Notes under the pieces: generated by a model
What the model saw: only the letters and a program-made list of their open reading frames with translations
Databases searched by the model: none
What the model was told of the DNA's origin: nothing
Assembly (NCBI GenBank): GCA_014874485.1
Contig: JADBJK010000055.1
Span: forward strand, 10,243 to 74,242
Direction of reading: 5' to 3'
Length of the DNA: 64,000 bases
Source of the DNA: Chloroflexota bacterium
GTDB lineage: Bacteria; Chloroflexota; Anaerolineae; DTLA01
Program-made: the position numbers and the translations under genes
Shown here: positions 14,028 to 23,657 of the stretch, in pieces
Layout of the letters: each line of letters opens with the position of its first letter
How positions within the stretch are numbered: position 1 is the first letter of the stretch

Positions 14028-15242
14028 TTGCGCCTGAAGCGGTTGACGCTCGTCAATTTCAGAAACTACAGCCGCCTGGAGATCGCCTTTGACCGCCCTC
14101 TGATTGTGCTGCAGGGCGACAACGCCCAGGGGAAAAGCAACCTGCTGGAGGCCATCTACATGTTGGCCACCAGCAAATCGCCCCGCGCCAACAGCGATCG
14201 CGACCTGCTCAACTGGTTCGCCGAGAGCGACATCCAGCCCTACGCCCGCATTGACGCCGAGGTGGAGCGCGGCCCGCGCACCGAGCGAATTGAAATCACC
14301 GTGCTGAAGACCAACGGAGGGACCAACGGCCCTGCCGTTCGCAAGCAGATTCGCATCAACGGGGTCAATCGGCGCGCTCTGGACCTGCTAGGCCACCTGA
14401 ACGTGGTGCTGTTCGTGCCGCAGGATGTGGAACTTGTGGACGGAAGCCCCTCGGTGCGGCGGCGGTACCTGGACATCATGCTGTGCCAGATCAACCCCCG
14501 CTACTGCCGCGCGCTCAGCGAGTACTCGCACGCGGTGGTGCAGCGGAGCCACCTGCTGCGGCGGCTGCGCGAGCGGCCTGGCGACCCCGCCCAGTTGGCC
14601 TACTGGGATGAGATGCTGACCACGCGGGGGTCGGAGGTCATCACCTGGCGGCGGCGCGCGGTCATCGCCCTGGACCAACTGGCGGGCGCCATCCACCGCG
14701 AACTGACCAACGGGAGCGAACTCCTGCGCCTGAAGTATCAGCCCAGCCTGCCGATTCCCGAGGCGCTCCAGCCGCCGCTGGGCTTGGAACTGGCCGTCGC
14801 GCAAGACGAGATCGCGGCGATTCAGGCCGCGTTCGCCGAGCGGCTTGCCCGCCTGCGCCCCGCCGAGTTGCACCAGGGGGCCTGCCTGGTGGGACCCCAC
14901 AGGGATGACTTGCGCTTTCTGGTCAATGGGCGCGACCTCCAGACCTATGGCTCGCGCGGGCAGCAGCGCACGGCGGCGCTGTCGCTCAAGATGGCGGAGA
15001 CCCGCCTGATGCACGCGGAGACGGGCGAGCACCCTGTCCTCCTGCTGGACGACGTCCTGTCCGAACTGGACACGAAGCGGCGCGAGTGCCTGCTGGAAGC
15101 GGTCAACGGCGTGGAGCAGGCCATCCTCACCACCACGGACCTGACGCTGTTCTCGGCGGACTTTCTCGCGCGGGCCGATTCCCTGCGAGTAACCGAGGGA
15201 CGCCTCCAGCGCCTGAATGTGGGGAGTGGGCCTGATGACTAG
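14028..15242 (+). CDS. recF: DNA replication/repair protein RecF
   Basis: NFRNY, GDNAQGKSNLLEAI, GPHRDD, GSRGQQR, LLLDDVLSELD; TTG start after GGAGAGG. Confidence 0.95.
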   Translation: MRLKRLTLVNFRNYSRLEIAFDRPLIVLQGDNAQGKSNLLEAIYMLATSKSPRANSDRDLLNWFAESDIQPYARIDAEVERGPRTERIEITVLKTNGGTNGPAVRKQIRINGVNRRALDLLGHLNVVLFVPQDVELVDGSPSVRRRYLDIMLCQINPRYCRALSEYSHAVVQRSHLLRRLRERPGDPAQLAYWDEMLTTRGSEVITWRRRAVIALDQLAGAIHRELTNGSELLRLKYQPSLPIPEALQPPLGLELAVAQDEIAAIQAAFAERLARLRPAELHQGACLVGPHRDDLRFLVNGRDLQTYGSRGQQRTAALSLKMAETRLMHAETGEHPVLLLDDVLSELDTKRRECLLEAVNGVEQAILTTTDLTLFSADFLARADSLRVTEGRLQRLNVGSGPDD

Positions 15243-15819
15243 GATGCATCGCACCGAGGGAGAGGACATCGCCCTTCTCCACGAGATTCGCGCCTTCGCG
15301 CGAGACCTGCGCCGCTCGGTGGCCCGCATCGCGCCACCCGCGGAAGATGAGCGCCGCCGCGTGTCCGAGAAGCCGCCCCGCGACCTGCTGGAAACGAGCC
15401 TCGCCTGGGTCAAGCAGTTTGTGCTCGCCGAGGCGCAGGTTCGCCCCAAGCCCCCCGACGACACCGCCCGCGAGGTCTATGCCCTGTGGCTGTTCGCGTC
15501 GTACATGGCGGAACATCAGGGGTTGTCGGTCATGGACACCGACTTTGACGCCTTGTACGAATTCTTCTTCTGGTGGTATCCCCGCCAGTGCGGGGATGCC
15601 AGCCCCGAGTTGACGGAAACGCTGTTCGGGTCGCTTCAGGACTTCTTCCAATTTCTGGTGGACAAAGGGGCATTGTCGGATACGGCGGCCGTGGACGACT
15701 TCTGGGGTTACCGAGACGATGCGCTGCGCCTCCTGGCGCTGTACGAGCAACTGGACCCCGAATCGCCGTACTTTGAGGAGCAGTTTGACGCGCTCTTCGG
15801 CCTGGACTGGCAGGAGTAG
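15235..15819 (+). CDS. Hypothetical acidic helical protein, overlapping the recF stop
   Basis: ORF with host-like codon usage; helical pattern ending SLQDFFQFLVDKG. Confidence 0.7.
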   Translation: MTRMHRTEGEDIALLHEIRAFARDLRRSVARIAPPAEDERRRVSEKPPRDLLETSLAWVKQFVLAEAQVRPKPPDDTAREVYALWLFASYMAEHQGLSVMDTDFDALYEFFFWWYPRQCGDASPELTETLFGSLQDFFQFLVDKGALSDTAAVDDFWGYRDDALRLLALYEQLDPESPYFEEQFDALFGLDWQE

Positions 15820-15826
15820 CGCGGCG

Positions 15827-16570
15827 CTACTTCAGCGGGCGCTTGGCGGGAATCCCCGGTCGGCGGGGATAGGCGTCGGGCGTGCACGCGGCCTTCCGCA
15901 CGACCACCAGGCGGCGCTCCTCCACCAGGCCCGGCAGCGCGATCTTGACGATCTTCACCAACTCCCCGCCCAGGACGGTGAACGCCCGACCCGATTGGGC
16001 CACCTCCGCCTCGGCGGTCTCGCCCTTCATCGCGATCACCTTGCCCCCCAGCCGCGCGAAGGGCAGCGTCAATTCGGCCAGGGCGGGCATCTCGGCGACG
16101 GCGCGTGCCACCACCCAGTCGTACTGCTCGCGGTGCGCGGGGTCCTTGGCCAAATCCTCCGCGCGGCCGTGGAGAATCTCCAGGTCGGCCAGGCCCAGCA
16201 CATCGCGCAGGTGCTCCAGGAACCGCACCTTCTTGCCTGTGGCCTCCAGCAGCACAACGCGCCAGCGGGGGCACACGATCTTCAGCGGGACGCCCGGAAA
16301 CCCCGCGCCGCTGCCCACGTCCAGGAGCCGCAGGCGCTCGCCCGCGCGGCGCTCCCGCCCAGGGGGACCGCAAACCTCCCGCATGGCCACCAGGCACGTG
16401 AGCGAATCCAGAAAATGGCGGACTTCTATCTGCTCCTCCTGGGTGATGGCGGTGAGGTTGAACTTCTTGTTCCACTCCAGGAGTTCGCGCCGGTAGGTGT
16501 GGAATGCCTCCACCTGCCTGGGCGAGAGCGGGATGCCCATCTCCTTCGCGTGGCGCACCAGCAGGTCCAT
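15827..16570 (-). CDS. rsmG: 16S rRNA m7G527 methyltransferase RsmG (GidB)
   Basis: WNKKFNLTAI, HFLDSL, DVGSGAGFPG, GRAE, ARAVA, YPRRPGIP. Confidence 0.95.
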   Translation of the reverse strand: MDLLVRHAKEMGIPLSPRQVEAFHTYRRELLEWNKKFNLTAITQEEQIEVRHFLDSLTCLVAMREVCGPPGRERRAGERLRLLDVGSGAGFPGVPLKIVCPRWRVVLLEATGKKVRFLEHLRDVLGLADLEILHGRAEDLAKDPAHREQYDWVVARAVAEMPALAELTLPFARLGGKVIAMKGETAEAEVAQSGRAFTVLGGELVKIVKIALPGLVEERRLVVVRKAACTPDAYPRRPGIPAKRPLK

Positions 16571-16592
16571 CGGCAACCTCCCGCTCACCCGT

Positions 16593-17993
16593 TCACAGTT
16601 CCACCGTCTCGCCGGGCATGGGGACGTGGACTTCGGGGACGCCCAGTTCCCGGATGGCGTCGGCCAGCGACAGCGACGCGTGCTCCTCGCCGTGGACGAT
16701 GAACACGCGCCGAAGCCCTGTCCGCCGGACCTGCCGCACGTAGTCCAGCAGTTCGTCGCGGTCGGCGTGGGCGCTGTAGCCGTCAATGCGCTCCACCGCG
16801 GCGCGCACCGTGTATTCCTCGCCGAAGATTCTGACCTTGTGCCATCCGTCCACGATCTTGCGGCCCAGCGTCTGCTCGGCCTGGTAGCCGACGAACAGGA
16901 TGGTGTTGCGGGGGTCCTCAATGTTGTTCTTCAGGTGGTGCAGGATGCGCCCGGCCTCGCACATGCCCGACGCGCTGATGATGACCGCGGGTTCCTTCAG
17001 CGCGTTGAGTGCCTTGGACTCCTCCACGTCGCGCACGTAGCGAAGGCGGCGAAAGCCGAAGGCATCCTCCACGTCGGCGCGCTCAATGAAGGCGTTGATT
17101 TCGCGGTCGTAGCATTCGGGGTGCAGCCGGAAGATCTCCGTTACGTTGACGGCCAGCGGGCTGTCCACGAAAACCGGCAGTTCGGGGAGTTTGCCGGCCA
17201 AGGTCAGGCGGTGCAGCGCATAGACCAACTCCTGGGTGCGGCCCACGGCGAAGGCGGGGATGATGACCTTGCCGCCCCTGCGGACGGTGTCCAGAATGAC
17301 GCGCTGCAGTTGCGCCTCGGCCTCTACCGGCGACTCGTGCGTGCGGTCGCCGTAGGTGCTCTCCAGAATCAGCGTGTCCACGTCCTGCACAACATAGGGG
17401 TTGCGTAGGATGGGCAGGTTGGGCCGGCCCAGGTCGCCGCTGTACACGACCTTGCGGGTGTGGCCGTTCTCGCGCACGGCGACCTCCACCATGGCGGAGC
17501 CCAGGATGTGGCCCGCGTCGCGGAAGGTGGCCGTGGCCTCGTCGGTCAGGGGAATGGGGCGGTTGTAGCCCACCCCCAGGAAGTGCTCCACCGCCGCCAG
17601 TGCATCGTCCAGCGAGTACAGCGGCTTCAGAGGCGGCTCCCCTTTGCGTGCCCGCTTCTTGTTGACGTAGGCCACGTCGGCGGCCAGGACGTGGGCCGAA
17701 TCCCGAAGCATGGCGCTGCACAGGTCCACGGTGGCAGGCGTGGCGTACACGTGGCCGGCGAACCCCTCGCGCACCAGGGTCGGGATGTTGCCGCTGTGGT
17801 CAATGTGGGCGTGGGACAGCAGCACCGCGTCTACGCCGGCGGGCCTGAACTCAAACCGCTGGTTTCGGTCAAAGAAGTCCTGCCGCCTCCCCTGGAACAG
17901 GCCACAATCCAGGAGGATGGATTTCCCGGCGATTTCCAGCCGGTGCCTGGCCCCGGTTACGCTGCGCACCGCGCCGAGGAACTGGATTCTCAC
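16593..17993 (-). CDS. MBL-fold beta-CASP ribonuclease-like metallo-hydrolase
   Basis: SHAHIDHSG, AGHILGS, SGDLG, ESTYG, SASGMCEAGRI, YSAHAD. Confidence 0.92.
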   Translation of the reverse strand: MRIQFLGAVRSVTGARHRLEIAGKSILLDCGLFQGRRQDFFDRNQRFEFRPAGVDAVLLSHAHIDHSGNIPTLVREGFAGHVYATPATVDLCSAMLRDSAHVLAADVAYVNKKRARKGEPPLKPLYSLDDALAAVEHFLGVGYNRPIPLTDEATATFRDAGHILGSAMVEVAVRENGHTRKVVYSGDLGRPNLPILRNPYVVQDVDTLILESTYGDRTHESPVEAEAQLQRVILDTVRRGGKVIIPAFAVGRTQELVYALHRLTLAGKLPELPVFVDSPLAVNVTEIFRLHPECYDREINAFIERADVEDAFGFRRLRYVRDVEESKALNALKEPAVIISASGMCEAGRILHHLKNNIEDPRNTILFVGYQAEQTLGRKIVDGWHKVRIFGEEYTVRAAVERIDGYSAHADRDELLDYVRQVRRTGLRRVFIVHGEEHASLSLADAIRELGVPEVHVPMPGETVEL

Positions 17994-18523
17994 GATGCCT
18001 CCTTGCGTCGGCGTTTGTCCGAGTTGTGCGGGCTATTATGGCCGATGGCACCGTTTCCGTCAAGCCAGGCGCAACACGTCGTGCGCGCGAGCGGCCCGAC
18101 ACACAACACCTTGTGCTTAACGATAATCACTCTTAAAACTCCGTGCGGGCACAGTTTTAACACGATTTTCCCTTCCTAAAATCCGCAACTTGGTGTAACA
18201 TAAAAGGGCCGTAGAGATGGGCGGCACGGGGGCCTTCCAGGGAGATGCTGGCGGGTGAGCGCGAACCCCGCAGCAGGCATGCGCGAGTACAAGGCCGGAC
18301 ATTGGTGTTCGCGTCCCCAAAAGCAGAAGGCAAGTCGCCCTCTCCGTTACCCGGTTCAACTCCTTCACAAGTTTCTTTGCCCGTGGTTTGCCGACAACAG
18401 AATACGGGATTCTTTGACCCCTCCGGGCTCATGGTAGTTTCGGCGGGCAGGCTGGCCCGGTGGGTTGTAGTTTCTTGTACCCTTTGATCGGAACACAACC
18501 ATCTCTCTTCACAGCGCGTCCAT

Positions 18524-19921
18524 ATGACCAATACATCCGACCGGCAGGACAAACTGACGCCCCTAGAGGCATGGCAGGCAACGCTTGGAGAACTGCAACT
18601 GCAGTTAGCGAAGTCTACCTTTGACGCATGGTTGAAAGATACCACGCTGGTGGCCGCCGAAGACGGCGTCTTCACCATCGGCGCGCGGAACTCCTACGCC
18701 CGCGACTGGTTGGACAACCGCATGCGCGGCCTCGTCAAGCGCACCCTCACGCGCATCGTGGGCCGCCAGGTGGACGTTCGCTTCATCGTGGACGCCAAGC
18801 CGGTGGAATCGCCCGCCCCCAAAGACCTCATCGGATACGACCCGTCCGAGGACGCGCAGGCCCAGGTCAACAGACCCAACGGCCAGGCGTGCGCCCTGAA
18901 TCCGCGCTACACCTTTGAGACCTTCGTCGTGGGGAACGGCAACCGCGTGCCCTACGAAATCTCGCGGGCCGTGAGCGAGCGTCCGGGCATGGCCTACAAC
19001 CCGCTGTTCCTCTACGGCGGCGTGGGCCTGGGCAAGACCCACCTGCTGCACGCCATCGGCCTCAACGCGGCCCAGCGCGGGCTCAACGTGCTCTACGTGC
19101 CCTCGGAGCAATTCACCAACGACCTGGTCTGCGCCATCCGCGCGCGCACCACCGAGGAGTTCCGCAACAAGTACCGCAGCGTGGACGTGCTCCTGCTGGA
19201 CGATATCCAATTCATCGCCGGCAAGGACGCCTCGCAAGAGGAGTTCTTCCACACGTTCAACGCGCTGCACAGCGCCAACCGCCAAATCGTGGTGGCGTGC
19301 GACCGCCCCCCACGCGATGTCCTGGGCCTAGACGAGCGGCTGCGCTCGCGGTTTGAGGGCGGGCTGGTGGTGGAAATCGCCCCGCCCGATTTCGCCGCGC
19401 GCATGGCCATCCTCCAGGCCAAGTCCACGGCCAGGGCCTGTAGCGTCCCGATGCCCATCCTGGAACTCATCGCCCAGACTGTGGAGACCAACGTGCGCGA
19501 ACTGGAAGGCGCGCTCAACCGCGTCATCGCCCAGTGGGAAGCGCTGCGCCAGCCGCCCACGTTGGAGACCACGCAGGCCATCTTGAAGGACATGCTGCCC
19601 AGCAAAGGGCGACCCTCGCCCGAGGCCATCCTGCAGGCTGTAGCCGACTATTTCGGGGTTGACCCCCAGGACATGCTTGGGGCGTCGCGCAAACAACAAA
19701 TCGCCCTGCCCCGCCAGATTGCCATGTACCTGCTATGCGCCGAGACCGACCTCTCGCTCGCGCAGGTCGGTGCGTTCATGGGCAAGCGCGACCACACGAC
19801 CGTCCTCCACGGGCGGGACAAAATCCGCGACCTGATGGAGACCGACGCCGCGATTCGCCTGCATGTCCAGACCATCCGAGAGCGCATGCGCCAGCCAGCC
19901 GCCGTCCGCCAGACGGCGTGA
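18524..19921 (+). CDS. dnaA: Chromosomal replication initiator DnaA
   Basis: LNPRYTFETFVVG, YNPLFLYGGVGLGKTHL, LLDDIQF, NVRELEGAL, RQIAMYL, RDHTTVLHG. Confidence 0.95.
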   Translation: MTNTSDRQDKLTPLEAWQATLGELQLQLAKSTFDAWLKDTTLVAAEDGVFTIGARNSYARDWLDNRMRGLVKRTLTRIVGRQVDVRFIVDAKPVESPAPKDLIGYDPSEDAQAQVNRPNGQACALNPRYTFETFVVGNGNRVPYEISRAVSERPGMAYNPLFLYGGVGLGKTHLLHAIGLNAAQRGLNVLYVPSEQFTNDLVCAIRARTTEEFRNKYRSVDVLLLDDIQFIAGKDASQEEFFHTFNALHSANRQIVVACDRPPRDVLGLDERLRSRFEGGLVVEIAPPDFAARMAILQAKSTARACSVPMPILELIAQTVETNVRELEGALNRVIAQWEALRQPPTLETTQAILKDMLPSKGRPSPEAILQAVADYFGVDPQDMLGASRKQQIALPRQIAMYLLCAETDLSLAQVGAFMGKRDHTTVLHGRDKIRDLMETDAAIRLHVQTIRERMRQPAAVRQTA

Positions 19922-19924
19922 TTC

Positions 19925-20935
19925 TCACAGAATCAGCATGGCGTCGCCGAAACTGTAGAAGCGGTACCGCTCGCGAATGGCCTCCTGATACGCCCGATCT
20001 ATCAAATCCTTCCCCGCGAACGCCGACACCAGCAACAACAGCGTGGATCGTGGCAGGTGGAAGTTGGTGATCATCACGTCCACGGCGCGGAACGTGTACC
20101 CAGGGTAAATGTACAGCCCCGTCGGGCCTGAATACGGCTGCGCGACGCCGCTCTGCGCGGCAGTCTCCAGGGCGCGCACCACCGTGGTGCCGACCGCGAC
20201 GACGCGCCGCCCCTCCGCCTTGGCCGCGCGGATGCGCTCGGCCACTTCCGACTTGACCTCGCACCACTCGGTGTGGATGCGGTGCTCCTCAATGTGCTTC
20301 TCGCCGATGGGGCGGAAGGTGTCCATGCCGATGTGCAGTGTAACGAACGCCAACTCGCACCCCATGGCCAGGACTGCATCCAGCAGCGCGGGCGTGAAAT
20401 GCAGCCCTGCCGTGGGCGCGGCGACGGAGCCTTGCACCCGCGCGTACACCGTCTGGTAGCGGTCGGGGTCGCGGAGCGGCTCGTGGATGTAGGGCGGGAG
20501 CGGGATGACGCCGAGGGATTCCAGGTGCGGCTCCACCGGCTCGGCGAACTCCAAGATGCGGCCGCCCGACTCGGTGACGGCGATCACCCGCGCCTCCAGC
20601 GCCTCGCCGAAGACCAGCGTCCCGCCCTCGCGGATTCTTCGCCCGCGCACCAGCGCCTCCCACGTCTGGGGGCCGCGCTTGGCGACGAGCAGCACTTCTA
20701 CCTTGCCGCCGGTTCCGGCCTTGCGCCCGTAGATGCGCGCGGGGATGACGCGGCTATCGTTGCAGACCAGCAGGTCGCCCGCCCGCAGGTACCGCACGAT
20801 GTCGCGGAAGATGCGGTGCTCCAGCGCTCCGGTGTCGCGGTGCACCACCAGCAGGCGCGAGGAATCGCGCGGCTCCACGGGCGTCTGCGCGATGAGTTCG
20901 GGAGGGAGGTGGTAGTCAAAGTCGGTGGTCTTCAC
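19925..20935 (-). CDS. queA: S-adenosylmethionine:tRNA ribosyltransferase-isomerase
   Basis: FDYHLPPELIAQ, RYQTVYA, SVAAPTAGLHF, VGTTVVRALE, TNFHLPRSTL, YRFYSFGDAM. Confidence 0.96.
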   Translation of the reverse strand: MKTTDFDYHLPPELIAQTPVEPRDSSRLLVVHRDTGALEHRIFRDIVRYLRAGDLLVCNDSRVIPARIYGRKAGTGGKVEVLLVAKRGPQTWEALVRGRRIREGGTLVFGEALEARVIAVTESGGRILEFAEPVEPHLESLGVIPLPPYIHEPLRDPDRYQTVYARVQGSVAAPTAGLHFTPALLDAVLAMGCELAFVTLHIGMDTFRPIGEKHIEEHRIHTEWCEVKSEVAERIRAAKAEGRRVVAVGTTVVRALETAAQSGVAQPYSGPTGLYIYPGYTFRAVDVMITNFHLPRSTLLLLVSAFAGKDLIDRAYQEAIRERYRFYSFGDAMLIL

Positions 20936-21005
20936 GATAGCAGTAACCCTGTGCAAATCACCCAGCAGAATTGGAACGCACTCGGAGGTGGCAGGGAATC
21001 GGTCT

Positions 21006-21737
21006 TCATAGGAGTGCAGCGGAACGCCTCAGAGTTGGACGTTCGTCCCATGTCCGTCCGTCCAGGATACGCCCCGCCTTGGCTTTCCGAACGCCTCCCC
21101 ACTGTTTGAAGAAAAACGGCACTCCGTGCTGTTGACACAGGTCGCGGATGTCTTTTACCCATTTCGGAGAGAGAGGTCTGGCGCCGGGGCCCGACTCGCC
21201 ACCGACTATGACCCAATCTATCCCTGCTAGGCTAAGGTCTTTGATCGGTCCCAGTAAGGGCTCCAGCGAGAGGAACTTGACCAGAGCCCCGGTTTCACGC
21301 AGGTGATCGGCACGGAATGCGTATTCCTGGCTCTCTATGGTAACCCCCATCCACACGTTTGAGGGCCAGTCAAGATTGGCACTGAGATCTCGCAAGCGCT
21401 CCGAGCGCTTCGTAAGCACCTGGAAAGTATGCCAGTGAGCCTGCCTCATCGTATCAAACACCCGCTGGATGAACCAAAGAGGGACCTCCTCGTGGAACAG
21501 GTCGCTCATGGAGTTCACGAAGATCATCTGCGGCTTCTTCCAAGAGAGTGGCACATCTAGGGCATCTTCATGCAGCGTCAATTTGAAGCCCCTGCTGTAG
21601 TGCGGGTGCCCCATTGCTCGCAATCTTATTGCCATCCGCTCAGCATAGCAGTTCCTACAGCCAGGACTGACTTTCGTACACCCCGTCAGCGGATTCCACG
21701 TGGCTTCGGTCCACTCAATGGCACTATTCTGAGCCAT
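21006..21737 (-). CDS. DUF5131 / phage Gp37-Gp68 family protein (three-Cys, radical-SAM-like)
   Basis: [58 protein letters not shown]. Confidence 0.92.
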   Translation of the reverse strand: MAQNSAIEWTEATWNPLTGCTKVSPGCRNCYAERMAIRLRAMGHPHYSRGFKLTLHEDALDVPLSWKKPQMIFVNSMSDLFHEEVPLWFIQRVFDTMRQAHWHTFQVLTKRSERLRDLSANLDWPSNVWMGVTIESQEYAFRADHLRETGALVKFLSLEPLLGPIKDLSLAGIDWVIVGGESGPGARPLSPKWVKDIRDLCQQHGVPFFFKQWGGVRKAKAGRILDGRTWDERPTLRRSAALL

Positions 21738-22557
21738 CACCGAGCCCCCTGTCTTTGTATTTCCTGAAGATGTCTTGGACTATCTTGCCTGCAACTGGCT
21801 TGTGTGAGGCAAAGAACAGATAATACACCACGGCCCCTTTTGTGTTGCGCATCGGAATGGGTTCAGGGACATGCGCAAATCCGGCAACCGTTTGCAGACG
21901 GCGACGAAAGGCTTCCGCGATAATATCGGTATCCACCTTCATCTCCATGCCAAACAGGTTCCTCGTCGTGTCATATGCGATGTCCCGCCATGAGCCGTCA
22001 CCCCAAAACGCATCCATTCTATGTCGCTGCCGCTCGTCCACCCTCTCTGGGTTTTTCCACAATACGTTGCGGTTCATGTCCATGACGGGAAAATTAAGGA
22101 ATATCTCTATTGCTTTCATCTCTCCCGCTGCCTGCACAACTTCCCAGTTCAAATGCAGACCATAGGGATCGAGCAAACACAACCCCCGCCGATAGTCTTC
22201 ATAGCGGACTCTCGTGAAAATCTCGCTCAGCAGCAGTTTATTGCAGTCACCTTCGTGTACGTAGACGTTTGGATACTTCGCAACGGTCTCTCTCAGTGCC
22301 TGGGTTTTTCGCCTATCCAGATCAATGAGGTGGTATTCTTTGAAAGGCGGCTTGACCTCCAATGCATTCAGCGGCGACCCTAACACGAAACCCTGTGTTC
22401 TGCGAGAGATGTGTTTGCCAGCACCTGCGAAGGCATCTATGTAGACATGATGCAGTGAAGGGCTGCGTTGGGCACTGAGGATGGTGGAGTATGCCTGTGC
22501 ATACTCGCGCACGATATCCAACTTGATCTCTGACCAGTAGCCAATCTCGTCAAACAT
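21724..22557 (-). CDS. Three-Cys-motif partner protein (TcmP), SAM-binding-like fold
   Basis: [34 protein letters not shown]; overlaps the DUF5131 gene, its usual partner. Confidence 0.88.
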   Translation of the reverse strand: MFDEIGYWSEIKLDIVREYAQAYSTILSAQRSPSLHHVYIDAFAGAGKHISRRTQGFVLGSPLNALEVKPPFKEYHLIDLDRRKTQALRETVAKYPNVYVHEGDCNKLLLSEIFTRVRYEDYRRGLCLLDPYGLHLNWEVVQAAGEMKAIEIFLNFPVMDMNRNVLWKNPERVDERQRHRMDAFWGDGSWRDIAYDTTRNLFGMEMKVDTDIIAEAFRRRLQTVAGFAHVPEPIPMRNTKGAVVYYLFFASHKPVAGKIVQDIFRKYKDRGLGDGSE

Positions 22558-22651
22558 GTCATCTCCTTGCCGCTGGCAGTCAAGCAACATTGCCCCCTGC
22601 GTTGATTCTTGCACTGTCGTCGCAATCCGTCAAGTTTCAGCCGGGGAGAAG

Positions 22652-23644
22652 TTAGCGTTCCTTATCAACCCATTCTCTGACCGCATCTACATTCGCCTCG
22701 GGCGTGCCCAGGTGGATGACGCAGCCCGGGCCGAGGATGAAGCGGTCGCCGCCCGTCTGCGCGAGGGCATCTCGGGCCTCGGCGACGGCCTCCTCGGGCA
22801 CCCCGCTGTGGAACGCGCCGCCCGGGGCATGATTCAGCCCGCCGATGAGCACCCCCGAGAAGTGCGCCCGCGCCTCCGCCAGGCTTGGCCCGGTCGGGCT
22901 ACGGTCGTGCCAGTTGACCGCCTGCACGGGATAGTCCCGCGCCACCTCAAACCGCAAGTTGGGCCTGCACAGGTGCAGGATGTTGAACCACGTCCTTGCG
23001 GCGACCCGCTCCAACACAGGCAGGTCGTAGGCCAGGCCGAACTCGCGGAATGCGTCGGGCGGGAGCGCGTCGCGCGTGGCCCCCTGCACCGCCAGGAAGA
23101 TGCCATCCGCGCCCGCCTCCACGCAGGCCTGGGCGAAGTCGGCGGCGGTCTCGGTGATGGCCTTCAGCCCCACGTGCAGGTCGGGGCCGGCCGACAGGGC
23201 GTGCCGGTACACCGCGTCGCCCGCCAGGTTCCGCGCGATGGTGAGCGGCGCGAACGCCGTCGCCACGATGGGAATCCCCGACCCCAGTTCGTCGCGCAGC
23301 ATGCGCAGCGCCCGCACCTGATTGCCCAGAGCGCCCCGCAGGGGGTCAAGCGGGCGCAGGCTCCGCCAATCGGCGGGCGCTTTGACAACGTGCTCGGCCA
23401 CGGGCACGTGCCCCTCGCTGCGGTCGTAGCCCGCGAAGCGGTTGCCCCAGTCCACGGTAAACGCCCAGTTGTTGAACATCGCTTTCACAAAGTCCAGGTC
23501 CCAACGGCGGACGAAGCGGACCGTCGCCTTCACCAGACCTTCCGGTGTGGCGTCTTCGGGCGGCAGATGCCGCCAGATGGCGAACGGGACGCGGTCCGTC
23601 TTCTCGCCTCGGATGACCCGCCTGATTCGCTCCGATTTGTCCAT
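22652..23644 (-). CDS. Uroporphyrinogen decarboxylase-like family protein
   Basis: DRVPFAIWRH, AGADGIF, ILHLC, FILGPGC; lacks the canonical HemE RQAGR motif. Confidence 0.8.
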   Translation of the reverse strand: MDKSERIRRVIRGEKTDRVPFAIWRHLPPEDATPEGLVKATVRFVRRWDLDFVKAMFNNWAFTVDWGNRFAGYDRSEGHVPVAEHVVKAPADWRSLRPLDPLRGALGNQVRALRMLRDELGSGIPIVATAFAPLTIARNLAGDAVYRHALSAGPDLHVGLKAITETAADFAQACVEAGADGIFLAVQGATRDALPPDAFREFGLAYDLPVLERVAARTWFNILHLCRPNLRFEVARDYPVQAVNWHDRSPTGPSLAEARAHFSGVLIGGLNHAPGGAFHSGVPEEAVAEARDALAQTGGDRFILGPGCVIHLGTPEANVDAVREWVDKER

Positions 23645-23657
23645 CTCCTAAATCCTT

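Noticed and set aside
17994..18523. oriC upstream of dnaA
   Set aside because: AT-richer, but only weak (2 or more mismatches) DnaA-box matches were seen; not supportable as a feature.
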